Source of the DNA: Vitrella brassicaformis CCMP3155
Taxonomy: Eukaryota > Protista > Chromerida
Direction of reading: 5' to 3'
Assembly (NCBI GenBank): GCA_001179505.1
Contig: CDMY01000395.1
Location: forward strand, 62,001-126,000
DNA: 64,000 nt
This document shows, in pieces, positions 38,367 to 50,396 of this stretch; the stretch's first letter is position 1, and the number at the start of each line of letters is the position of its first letter. Made by a program: the position numbers and the translations under genes. Below the pieces are notes generated by a model, which ran no database searches, was not told the origin of the DNA, and was given only the letters and a program-made list of their open reading frames with translations.

Positions 38367-38580
38367 CGTCAGGGCTGGCGCCTGTCGGCTCTCATCATCT
38401 ATATATACTTCACAAGGGCCCTCTCCATTTCATAGCTCGCAAGTCGAGATTCTCGAGCTCGCGGACTTTTGTGCCAGAGACGGGAGACGCTCTCTTTTTC
38501 CTGGAGACCTTTTCAATCAGCAAACGCCCTCATCGCATCCCACTTCTCTCTCTCTCTCTCCTCTCTGCCATCCGCCCGAG

Positions 38581-40054
38581 ATGGCATCATCAGCGGCACT
38601 CATCGCTCCCTCCCAGGCGATGGTGCCGCCGCGCGGCCCTCCCTACCGGCCCTCAGTCACCACTCACGCCGCCCCTGCCCTCACAGAGCCGCCTGCTCTG
38701 CTGAGGGACAGGGAGGGCAGCGATCACGGCTTCTTCGGCCGTCGGCTGGGCGAGGGCGCACACGCCCCACTGTCCCCTCTGCTGAAGGCGTACCGGAGCC
38801 CCGAGCTCCTCGAGGACAGGCCAATGGAGCCGGGCGCGCTGACCGCCCTGACACCTGAGGCCCTCGGGAGGCTCCAGGTGCGCAACGTGCACCTCTGGGA
38901 GAAGGTGCTCGCCGCCAGGGACGCGGTGAGGGACGGGACGAGGGTGCAGCTAACGGCCGACCTCTACGGCGTCCGGCATCTCGACAACGCCTCCAAGGCC
39001 GTTATCATCGATGCCGGATTCCGCAAAGTATACAAGCCAAAATGGAGGGACGCAAACATCCGCCACACACTGACCACAGGAGAATTCATTTGCACATGAT
39101 TGTGTGTTTGTGTGTTGTTTGGGTGTCGTATTTGTATCGTTTAGAGGGCCTGCAAATCGGTGCCTGCAAAAAGCAGACGCCCTCGTCGAGACCACAAACA
39201 AGTGGCTCAATAGAGGAGAGGATGAGGGCGCCAGTCGGTTTTCTTCCGGCGCGGTGAGAACTTTCATTTATGTGACAAACAAGGGCTGACATGTTTTGCT
39301 GTACTCAGCCAGAAGATAACGAGAGAAGGAGATTTCATGCATGACCGACTCACAAGAATAACAACCGCTGAGTAAGTCAAAAAACACCTCCCCGTTCTGT
39401 TTGCAAGCAACGAGACGGCTTGTCTTTCAGAGAATGGGGAATTTTCGAGGACCTCACCACAGTCGTCTGCCGTGGTCACGGCCAGTGGCTCATCTACGAG
39501 CCGGTCACGCTCGACGCCAAAAAACGGCGAGGCCTGCCCATTCTATGCCCGGACGACCAATGGCTGGTGGGGCCCTGGCTGGCAGAACGCTACTCGGCTG
39601 TGGTGGGGATCCACAGCGGCCGGAATGTGGGAGACATCATCTTCAAGACGAAGATCGACGCCGCTCGTATCTCCTGCATCCAGGCCATGCGTCAAACATT
39701 TGGGCAAATCGTGAGTCATTGACAGACCGACAACCTTTGGCTGGCTTTATTTTGCCCCCTACTTCTTGTCTCGCCACAGATGAACTCAAATCCACTCTCG
39801 CCACAAAGCTGTGTCCTGCAGGCTCCCCTGGAGCGGTGAGCGTGTGTGTGGAAGAAAAGACGTTGTTGCTTCGCTTGGGTAAAGAACTGGCTTGTGTGTG
39901 TGGCTGCAGATTTGTTTGTGAAACGAGGTACTCTTTCATCAGCGCAGACGAGGGCAAATACTACAATACAACACAGGCCCAATGGGACTACATAGATGAC
40001 GCGCTGAAGAAGCTGGAAAACGACAGAGAAGCAGAGGAGGCCTCCTGCCCTTAA
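38581..40054 (+). CDS. Orphan multi-exon protein; 3' end uncertain (may continue to ~40.7 kb)
   Basis: Coding-like exon 38581-~39078 and later exons (QKITREGDFMHDRL, EWGIFEDLTTVVCRGHGQWLIYEP...VVGIHSGRNVG). Lies head-to-head with LMF2. Confidence 0.55.
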
Positions 40055-40416
40055 GGAGGCTGCCAGGGTGAGTACAACACAGAGTCTACACTAGCGCGTG
40101 ATCGGCTCCGCATCTGTCTGTTGCAGATCTACCGACAGCTCTTGCAGCGGTGTGTGCATCTCAAACTCATCCACCAAGAGTAAGACACGCAAGCATTGAA
40201 TGTCGGGAGGTCATACGACGTGTGTGTGCGTGTGTGTGTGTGTGCGCGTGTGTGTGTGTGTGCGTGTGTATGTGTGTCTCAGTGCCACACCACAGAGCTG
40301 CCTGGCATCCCAAGAAGGTCCCGTTCCAAGGCTGTGGAAGGCGACACTTGCTGCACATCATGATCGCATGCCTCACGGCGGTGTCTTGTCGCCTGCAGCT
40401 TACAGACGGGCCTTCA

Positions 40417-40502
40417 TCGAGGAGTCGCTGCCAGAAGGGACGTGGAAGTGCTCGATTGGTCGAGGAGTCGCTGCTAGAAGGGACGTGGAAGTGCTCGATT
40501 GG
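40417..40502. repeat. Tandem duplication, 2 x 43 bp, one mismatch
   Basis: TCGAGGAGTCGCTGC(C/T)AGAAGGGACGTGGAAGTGCTCGATTGG occurs twice with no spacer. Confidence 0.95.
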
Positions 40503-41187
40503 CGAAGGTACGGCAGTCGACTGATACAAATATGTATCTCTCGTGCTTCTGGCAGAGCTGCCCGTCAGAATACACAAGCAATCGAGTGCTTCCCTTCTAG
40601 CCAGCGGCTCCATGGAAACAAGAATGAAGGAGCCCGCTGGCTTTTTGTCGGCGCGGTAAGCATCACGAGTCAGCAAAGGCAAACCTTACAGCGCACAGCT
40701 CATTTGCATGCCGCGTCGCGCAATCAAAAGTGAACCAGTCACTTTGGCTGTGTTTCAGGCGGACCATCAGCAGGGAAGGCTTTACTCACGACCGTGTCAG
40801 TAAAATATATACCGCTGAGTAAGCCACTTCAATCGATCGCGGTAAGCGGTATACAAGACCTTCTCAAGCAATAAGACCTTCCCTTTCGTTGTCAGCGACT
40901 GAAGACCTCACAACAGCCTTGTGTCGCGACAACTAATGATGCAAAGACAGCTCGAGGGCTGCCCCTGAACTCGCCGCACTCGGCAATGGGCGGGCAACGG
41001 AAGTGACCAGTGCGTCTGAGCGAGCGAGGGTATCACTATGGCGACATAAGTAAGAAGAGATCTATTGTGCCTGCCGACTTTTGTCATGTCAACATGTCTC
41101 TGCGAGAACTGTCGCTGCACCTGCCTCGTATGTGCGGTGTCAGGCTCCGCCAATTGGGCTCCGCGGCAGCGTCGAAAATGTTCAGCC

Positions 41188-41240
41188 GCCCACACAGACG
41201 CCTCCGCCTACACAGACGCCTCGGCCCACACGACACCTGC
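41188..41240. repeat. Short tandem repeat, 18-bp unit, about 3 degenerate copies
   Basis: GCC(C/T)ACACAGACGCCTC(C/G) twice plus a decayed third copy. Confidence 0.8.
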
Positions 41241-41474
41241 TTGGATACCTCCTAACAGAAAAGTAAAACAGATGTAAGCGTATGTGTTGCGTTTGGTGTG
41301 TATGAGCAAACCTATGCTCTCCTGTCTTTTTCGTTCAGACCTTTCCAACCCGGGCCTTCGGACCACAGGAGGAGTTTCATCTGCATCTGTTTGTGTGTTG
41401 TGTGTCAGCTGTGTTGGATCCATCAGCGGCTACATTCCTCACTCAGGCAGAAATCAGCCGTTCTCTATCGAGGC

Positions 41475-42538
41475 GATGCTGCCTGCAGCGGCAGGACTGC
41501 TCTTCTTCGCCTTCTCATCGTGGCACCTCGTAGTGGTGCATCCGCCACATGAGAGCACCCGCATGCCAGCAGAGCACCGCACGGGATGGCTCCTTCCCGC
41601 ACCGCCGCCGTCATGTTGCTCCCCGCATCGCAACAAATCGAGGCGAAGATGCAGATGTCGCAGAGCTTTTGCAGAGAACGGCACGATTCGACACGCCCGT
41701 GCATGTGTGTGTCCTGTGTGCGTGTGTGCAGGTGAGTGAGGAGGAAGTGTCGTATTTGTTGTCCTCAACGCTCAGGCGGACGTGACTCATTCCACAACAA
41801 TGGCCTGCACATCATACCGTGCGACGTGAGACACCCCCCGAATCTTCTGTGCACTGTGCCTTCCCCGCCTCCTGATGCTTCTACCGCAGCTTCCCTGCCT
41901 CCTGCACCTCACTTCGGCCCACTGCCACCCCTTGACGCAAGTACGTGTTCGTGTTTCGCACAGCCGGTGCGTCGGCTTACATGGTTCCATTCCCTTCCTT
42001 GTTTCGTGTGTGTGCAGCTTCCGAGACGTTGAGGGAGTTCATTCTGCAACAGCGACACCATCAACGACACCAAGGACAACAACAACGACCTCGACAACAA
42101 CGAAGGACAGCATCCGATGTCGGGGTCGTAATCGCTGGCATCAAGGCTTTCGATTGTGCTCGCGCTGCCATTCCTACTGAAGTGGCTCGAAACATTGCAC
42201 GAGAAGATGTGACAGCAGGCAGGGATTCGGCCTGGCGTTTCATTTTATCTCTCTCGCAGCGGATGTGGCCTCGCTGCAGATAATTGGCGGCGATGCCAAG
42301 GTGGACCGGGCCCGCGCGGTCTGTCCAAAGCGGCGGGCGGGCTGTCTCGAGACTTCAGCTGCTGGGCTTGAAGAGTGCGGCTACCAAGCCATCCATTCAG
42401 CGGGAAAAGAAGAAGACGGTGAGGTTCAAGGAGGAGGTGCGGATCAACGACAATGGGACCGGGCACCCCCTCGGTGAAGAACCTCGGCAGGACAACATGT
42501 GGAGTGGTTCATGGGTGGCCATCTCAGGGAGGTCATAG
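41475..42538 (+). other. Possible coding exons of an unidentified or decayed gene
   Basis: Exon-like segments bounded by GT/AG (SETLREFILQQRHHQ...; LGLKSAATKPSIQREKKKTVRFKEEVRINDNG). I could not join them into one clean frame. Confidence 0.3.
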
Positions 42539-42668
42539 TCTTCGTGATGTCCCGAGAGGCAGGGCGGCAGCAGTGGCGCAGAGACCCACGCAGCAACGGA
42601 TCAGAAGCATGTCTTGCGCCAACCGCTGCCTACATTTTATATTTGACGTGTCTCTGGTGAATCAAGCT

Positions 42669-43573
42669 GCCCCGTGTGTACACCGTGTGGTGTCGAGCTG
42701 GGCCTTATGGATGAGCTCAAGCACTAGGACTTCATGATTCCACCGCTGGCCGACGGCGGCGACGGCCATGGTGACCTCGACGCTAAGGTGGTGGTAATTG
42801 GGGCAGGGGCGGGGGCGGTGACCCGCCGCTCAAGAAGCGAGGCTACGACGTTACCATTCTGGAGGCGTGTGAGAGGTGGGTCAGAAAAAGGGGAGAAAGA
42901 AGGCGGGGATGCATACACAGACGTGTTTTGTCAAATGTGTGGTGTGTGATATGGATGGGTCAGGGTCGGCGACAGGATACACACACATCGCTTCTCGCGG
43001 AAAGGGGGCCTGCCAGAGAACAAAGTGCAGACCTGCACACACCCACCCATTGATTGGCACGTCCCTGCACCGCCATGATGCGCGTGTGCGTGTGTGTGCT
43101 CTCCGTGCAGTACGACCTCGCCGCCAACTGGATGCATATAGCCCCGGGCGAGACGCACTACCCCTGGGATATCGCCGCTGAGCTGGCCGTGGAGACATCC
43201 GCTGTGCCAGGTACCCGCCGCACCGCACACACACGCGCCTGAAGAAGAGGCCATGGATGGATGGATGGATGGTTGCCGGAGGGAAGTGGGACACAACCCA
43301 GTGGACAGTCTTCCACGACGATCTGACTGGCCAGAAAGAAGGTCGAACAGGTCTTCGTCGTCCGGTGGGCTACCACAGACAGACTACATCACTCTCACTC
43401 AGTTCCAGCTCATCTCCCGCTGTTTCTTCCTTTTTTACTTTTTTTCCTTCAGAGCGCACCAGCTGTACGAGCGCACCACGGCCCTAATGCTGGCAATGAA
43501 GAAGAAGAAGGACCATCCAGCGGCAGCGCCCCCCACGATCGGTGGCCTGCCGCTCCCCCAGTTCGCGCTCTGA
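42669..43573 (+). pseudogene. Flavin-dependent amine oxidase (polyamine oxidase/LSD-like) N-terminal fragment, disrupted
   Basis: Reconstruction gives KVVVIGAGAG-[frameshift ~42810-42829]-LKKRGYDVTILEACE|RVGDRIHTHRF...|YDLAANWMH, the typical VIGAGxxG...LEARDRVGGRxxT...DLGAxWIH series. There is an in-frame TAG at 42725-42727, and the frame ends at 43573, long before a full domain. Confidence 0.8.
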
Positions 43574-43758
43574 GCCGAGCTCTCGAGATCGCACTCGGCT
43601 CGGGTTTTTCATTTCCCCGTGTATGTCATGTCTTTCCCACTCAGTTCCAGAAGGCCACCAACATGGGGATCGCGATGTGTGATATGCCTCAACAACGTAA
43701 ATCGGACACTGCTACTTCTGGCGTGAGGAGGCGCAAGAGCTGAAGCGCAAGAGGGACG

Positions 43759-44838
43759 ATGGCGGAGAGGGGCGGGGAGGGGGAGACGGGGGAGAGGAGG
43801 AGGAGGGCGAGGAGGCGTGCAGCAGCCCCAGAGGAAGAATCGCAAGGAGCGGGCGCCAAAGGGGGCTGCCAGGGGAGCCTACGACCCCTTCAAGCGGGCC
43901 AATATCGAGCACCTGACCCACAGCCAGCCAGAATCCCTGACACACTTACGTGCTCGCTCATTTGTGTGTCTCTCCGTCCGTCTGTTTGTGTTGGGTGTGT
44001 TGCAGTTGACAGAGGGCGACAGGCTCTGCACCAATGGCTACAGCTGGCTGCCCGAGTTCCTCGTCGACAACGCCATTGTCAATGAGGTTCCAGTGGTCGA
44101 CCACGAGGACGGCGTGTCGCTTCATATGCTCATATTCTTTCAGGCTGCAGGAGCGCCTGGAGAGGGCGGAGGCGATGACGTTCCAGGTGCAGCTGGAGAA
44201 TGTGCGCTACCGGCACCAGGTTGCCTGCTGAGCTGCACGTGTAGATCATGATACATTGGACATCTGCGCGCGAGGGCGGAGGAAGCCGACGCGGCCCGCC
44301 AAGCGGCCGTGCAGCAGGCAGCAGCGGCGGTGCAGCAGGCAGCAGCGGCCGACGCGGCACCGATGAGACGATGGGACAGCAGTGGGGCAAGTGGCTTTCC
44401 CAGGGGCAGGGGGGAGACCAGATATTGATCACATTTGCGTTGCACCCCGGTTCCGACCCGTGTGACCCGCCTCTTTCCCACATGACACTGGGCCAGCTGC
44501 GGCTGGACCCGCGGGTTGCAGAGTACGGCAGGCGGCCCTCCAGCAGGCGGCAGCGGCACGGCAGGAGGGGAGAGAAGAGGCCGAGCGCTGCATCATCTGT
44601 TACAACAAGGCGAGGGACACCCAGACTCACCCCTGCGTGAGTTGTGCCGCAAACTAAGAAACGTGAACAGACGAACCAACACCGGCTTCGTGATGTCCTG
44701 TGTGTGCAGGGCCACATGTGTCTCTGCAGCCCCTGCTACCTGCGGCGGCTGGCCTGCGCAACGGAGACCCAGCAGCCGCCTCAATGCCCCTTCTGCCGCC
44801 CCCTCATTTTGAAACTCACTACCGGGAGGCGGCCCTGA
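43759..44838 (+). CDS. C3HC4 RING-finger E3 ligase-like protein with a coiled coil; 5' exons uncertain, may be disrupted
   Basis: Spliced RING CIICYNKARDTQTHPC|GHMCLCSPCY...CPFCR at ~44585-44800. Upstream coiled coil LQERLERAEAMTFQVQLENVRYRHQ. Confidence 0.65.
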
Positions 44839-46868
44839 CATGCACGGGTGGCTGGCTGCGATGGGGCGTCGGAAGGGGAGGGATGCCGCGTCCCTCCACT
44901 GTCATTTGAAGCTGCCTGCGGGTGGGTGGGTGTGATTTGTGTGCTGTGTCGTGTTGTCTGTGCTGACTGCACTTGTCGGTGATTTTGTGTGTGTACTTGC
45001 TGGTGTGTTGTGCTGGTGGACTGTGTGTGCCGGTGTACTGTGCGTGCTTGGCTTGGATGCATGTGCATTTGTCGGTGTGACTGCCATGTGTGTCTGTCTG
45101 TCTGTCTGTCTGTATTTCGTTGAGTCTGCGTTCGAGAGAGGACAGACAGGCCTGCAGGAAGGCACGGCTGATCGTCGGTGTGTGATCGCTGCCTACATGT
45201 TGTATTTGATGGCAGTGCCTTTATCCTGTCACGCGCACATCAATGGCCACCATCCGGGGCAAGACGTCATCGACCGGATGGAAGGCAAGCACAGACACAG
45301 GCAGGGAGTGCAGAGAGAGGGCCATTGTGTGTGTGTTCATGTGCAGACGTCGTATTTGGCGGATTTGGTGGCGGATTTGGGCATGCACTTCGGCCGCGTC
45401 ATGTCGATCGGAGACTCGCTGGAGTGCAGCAGGAGGTGAGCAGACGACCCACATGAAATGGTGTCTCACCGGTGCACGTGTGTATTGTTGCAGTGAGTGC
45501 TGAGTAGTCAAATTTGCTGAGTCCGCGTTGAGTCGGGGAGCGGTAAAGGATGTGTCTCTGGTTGCGCAGACAGCGCCATCTTCATCATGCGTTGGACTCT
45601 GCATCAAAGGCTGTCAAGACCGACGTAAAGCACGACGCCAAGCCGACCAGTATGCACAACGCGGAAAACACCAGACACAGACACGCATTCATTTGCGTGC
45701 CCCCGTGTGTATTACAGCGTCAACTGTGTTTGAGTTGTCGCCAAAGGCCAACATGGCCAACTCCAAGTCGAGCGATGCTTCAGTTGGTCGGTGCCTGGAT
45801 GCCAAGGCCGTCCCGACCATCACAGCAGCCAAGGCGACCAACAGCCAGCTCAAGGCGACCAACAGGCAGCAGGAGACGGGTAAGCTGTTGCCAGGAGAAC
45901 GACTGAACGACCTAATCTGGATGTATGGCCTTTCCATCAGTGTGCGAGAGTTCGGGTGTGTCGGGTGTGTATGAGGCCGTACCCAAGACCAACAAGACAA
46001 CAGGTACTGTCTGTACGGACACGGCGGCACCCCCACACACGGAGAGAGACATGGATGCCATTTGATTCAGAGAAGAGCCGGTTGAGCGACGATGGTGTCA
46101 GCATCAAGGCCACATCGACACCACACACCGTTAACTACATACAGATCACTGGGTGCATGTTGGTATTCTTGCGATCAGTGTTTGCTACCGTGCCTTCATG
46201 AAGTCGTTTGCCAATCCTGCGCCGTCTGCCATGGACAACTAGCTCTCGGTGGGTGGCATTGCCAGGCAGGCACTAGAGGTCATCCATGCGTGCATTCATT
46301 CATCTGCGTGTCTCGTCTGTATGCAGTCGTGTGAGGAGGAGTTGTCTTGTTTACTCAGCGCCATCGCCATGTCTCTCTCACGAGACATTCTACAACAAGT
46401 ACGTGAGCACAGCACCATGCCAGCCAGAACACACATGTTGTCGGCCCTGCCGACAAGATGTGTACGACCCAAAATGTCCTGTCTGGTGGAGCATACTATG
46501 CTGTGTCAGTGCACCTTGAGACACGTTTTGGCAGCGGGTGTCTCGAAAGAAGCGGTGTCGCAAACCGCTGTCTACATTTTATATCTGTGGTGGTTTCCTC
46601 TCTTCTTCCCACGTAATGTCATGTGCCGCGTGCGGCAAGGACGTGTGCTGGCTCCATGCCTTACACGGCTGCTACATGATACATCTACGTCCCATGAACT
46701 GATGCTATGTCATCAGCCGCAGTCATCTTTGAGAGGCGGCCAGCCACCGAATCCATCCATGAGTGTGCGAGTCCACACGAAAAAAACACACACACCACAC
46801 ACTCCTCTCGTCACCGTCACGTATCTATCGTCTCCAGCCGCCCACACCGCACCCGCCCCTCTTCCACA

Positions 46869-48125
46869 TCAGGATGGCGGTGCCACCCCGAGTGTCTGAA
46901 ACAGCGTCTGGATCTGCTCTGGGATCGACTGGCCTGTCCAAAACTCTGTCAGCAGACCCGTCGCCACGAAGAACATCGCCGTCCTGATGGGATGTGCCAC
47001 ACACATCAAACATGCAGCTATCCAACCGGCACGTACGTGCACAGGGTATGTCTGTGTGATGGTTCGGTTCGGTGGGTGACCTTCCGTTGATGAGTTCGGC
47101 GCCCTTGCTCCACCCGGTGAGTCGCGCCTCCTCTATCTCACGCTCCAGACGCTCATTCTCCCAGTCACGGGACAAAGACTGAGGTATTCATCAACAAGGA
47201 CATCGGCACAATGCACACTCCGGTGAGTGTGGTGACAAGTCGGTCTATCTGTCTGTCTTTCTGTCTGTCTATCTGTCTGTCGGTCTGTCTGTCTGTCTGT
47301 CTGTCTGTGTCTGACCTGCAGTTTTTCGTTTATGGGTTGGGCGTCCTGGATGATGCTCTTACCGGGCGTCTGGTCGATGGGGTAAAAGTCAGACAAACTG
47401 TCGCTTACAGACGCGCAGAACGAGTCGAAACCTGACCGCCCAGGCACACACCGCATCCACCGATACACACACTGTCAGTCACTCCATGTCGGCCTGGTTT
47501 GTTTGTTTGGGCCGCCCTGCCACCGACCGTTGAATGTGAGTTCAGCCACGGCGACCTCGAAGTTGTCTCGCGTCAGCTCGCCCTTCCACTTGGACAGCGC
47601 CTCCCACGCATAATGCACCACCGAACCGTCGATGAACTCTCGACTGATGTCGCCTGCACACACACACAAACGAGACACATGACGCACCGCCACGTCCGCC
47701 TTGCGCATTCTTAAGATGGATCACTGCGTCCATCAATCGTGCCTGTGAGCTGCTCCTTGTATCTGTCGGTGGAGGGCGCGCTGTAGGGCAGGTCCGGCAG
47801 CCGCTCGACGAACTGGGTGATGCCGATGCGTGGCCTGTTCTCCAGCAGCCGAGCCGCCACACCCTCACCAGCAAGACGACCATACACCTTCGCCAGCTCA
47901 CGCGCCGAAGGCTGCACACACACACACACACACGCACGCACACACAGAATCGACACATATGCTGAGGTGCAGATGTGCATTATCCATCAGATTGATTTTG
48001 CGCGTCAGATCACTGCTGCGCACCTGGAAGGCGAGCAGCTGTGGAGCCCTTGATGCTGGCCTCCTTGCTAATGCGCTGAGTAGAGAGCTGGTGACCAGCG
48101 TCAGGAGCAGTGTTCTTGGAATCAT
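46869..48125 (-). CDS. OHP2: One-helix light-harvesting-like protein, OHP2-type, with an N-terminal signal peptide (probable plastid targeting)
   Basis: The last two exons splice to GWSKGAELINGR|TAMFFVATGLLTEFWTGQSIPEQIQTLFQTLGVAPPS* (chlorophyll-binding ExxNGRxAM motif; the final exon is not in the ORF track). The N-terminus MIPRTLLLTLVTSSLLSALA is signal-peptide-like. Confidence 0.8.
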
Positions 48126-48459
48126 TAATGATCTGCCAGATCTGACGAGAGGATCTGACGAGAGGATCTGATTCAGACAGTCAGCTTCATTCACAAACCA
48201 CGATTTCTTCCCCTTCCGCGAAGCCCTTCCGAGAGAGCCAAGGTCGAGAGCGGTTGCACGGAATGTCGCGGTATCGTGCGAGCTTGGAGCCAAACGAAGC
48301 TGAGATCTGGAGTTGCTGAAATGGCAGTTCTCAGGCTGTGTCTGCGGTGGTGATGCTTGCTATGTCACTGTGAAGGCATAAAGTATCCCCACCGGCAATG
48401 CCGACAACGAGCAAGTGAGCGTAGTCAATTGCAAAGGGGTGCGCGGCAGCGGTCAAGTC

Positions 48460-49083
48460 ATGATCATGGTCTGCCGGATGCGCACCGTCGCTATCTGGAC
48501 CCTCATGCCGCTGCTGATCTCCCTCACGACGGCGTCAGGGGAAGATCCGGCCAGCGGGATGCAGCTGAGGCGCGTGTCTGCTCCCACACAACGACCGGGG
48601 GCGTCTTACCGTTCGGGGCAGCAGGAGGGCCACGGGCACTTCTCTCGGGCTAAGACAGGCGAAGGCGAGGCGGCGGAGGAGAGGAAGCCTAAGAACGGAA
48701 ACCTCAATGGCATGGTGGCGGGGTTTGTTGGGGGAGCGACGGTACTGTTCACTATACTGGTCTTCTGCTGGCACCATTGTAAGCAAGCCCACGAAGGACA
48801 TCATCGCTTGTCCACACACGCATCACTTCCTCCTCTCTGCGTGTGTGTGTGTGTATGTGTGTCAGTTTATCGCCGAGGTGAGGGTTTGATGCCAGGTGAG
48901 GAGGTGGAAGCTGGCCCGCCCTATGTGGTGGTGGCGTCGGAGAGTGCCAACGACGCCCACGCCAAGGACACAGACATCACAGAGGGCAGAGGTGACTGAG
49001 TGCACCAGCCGCACACGCATTGTGCAGACAGACAGACAGACAGACACCCCTGTTTGTCTGTGTGTCTTTGTGTCGTCCATCCC

Positions 49084-49115
<32 letters not shown>

Positions 49116-50362
49116 AGTGGTCAAGAAGGCCGAAACACACGTGATCCTGGAGCAGGAGCACTCCACCTTCTTCCGCCGCATCAGCTCATTCAGGCGCACA
49201 GCCAAACATAAGACGGCGCCCCACGGCCCCGGCAGGTGGCTGGCGTGGGCTTCAGGGCGGCTGTTGGGCCGCAGCCAGGACAGCCTGCAGACCACCCCCC
49301 GCTTGAATGGTGTCTCCCCAGCGGTGATCGGCCGCTCCACAGCTGCTAGTGGCGGTGCTGGTGGGGATGGGCAGAGGCTGGCGCCTGTTGCCGAGATGAT
49401 GGAGAGGGGCGTCAGCAGCCAGACAGACATGGCCTCAACCAGGCTGTCTTCAGGTCGGTGAAGCACAAGCATTGTGCAGAGGATGGTGTGTGATGCATTC
49501 ACACACAACCGTTGATTGGACTTTATTGGTCTTCATGGCCATGTGCTGTGTGGATGGTATGCAGGGGCTGTCTCCCGCACCACATCCAACATCGACTCGC
49601 AGCCCGCCACCACACCCACGCACACCCGCGCCCGCCCGTCCCCCGTCATCACTTCCTCCTCGCGAGAAGAGGACCACCACAACATCCACCAGACCTGCCT
49701 GAGCGCCCCAGCCACCCCTGCTGACCGGGTGGGCTCCTTCACCCACCCCGTCAACACATCCAGTCGCCTCGACCCCATCACTCCCCCAGCTCGCCTGCTC
49801 TACCGCCGGTCGTCTTACCACCATGCCGCTCCGCGCACCGTCACCGGGCGGCCTATTGAGGACTGCGATTTTGATCTGTATGGGCGGCTGTCTGTCAAGG
49901 ACGACAGCATGATCCAGCCGTTGCAGATGGATGTCGTCTTCCGCCGCTCTAACACGCTCCACCAGGGGGAGGGAGAAGAAGTGGAGGCGGAGAGGGTCAT
50001 ACGTTTGGGGCCGCAGCTGAGCCGGAGCGCCCCCTACGCAACGCACCACCATGGCGACCAGGAGAAAGCTGTGAGACCCCCTGTGGCGCTGCCTTGCTGT
50101 GCGGGTGGTACCGGTGGGGGTGGGTCTGGCGAGGTGGACGACGTCAATGCGAGTACGAGTCTGGGGACGTCTCGTGCGGCGGTGAACACCGTGGTCGGTT
50201 CTGAGTCGGAGAAGGCCGTCCAATGCGTGGTGTGCTTTGAGGGCCGGAGGGAGATTGTCTTCTTGCCGTGTGGACATGGCGGGATCTGTCGGGGTGAGTG
50301 AGCACAGCACCGATAGACAGACAGACCCACGCAAAGCAAAGCGTGCAGGAGAGCCAACTCCA

Positions 50363-50396
<34 letters not shown>

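Noticed and set aside
39990-40185. Apparent frameshift near the end of the 38.6-kb orphan (LENDREAEEASCP* versus TEKQRRPPALKEAAR|IYRQLL)
   Set aside because: No homologue is available to tell a real lesion from an unrecognised splice or a 3'-UTR intron.
40417-40502. 43-bp direct repeats as a CRISPR array
   Set aside because: Only two copies, no spacer, no cas genes, eukaryotic context.
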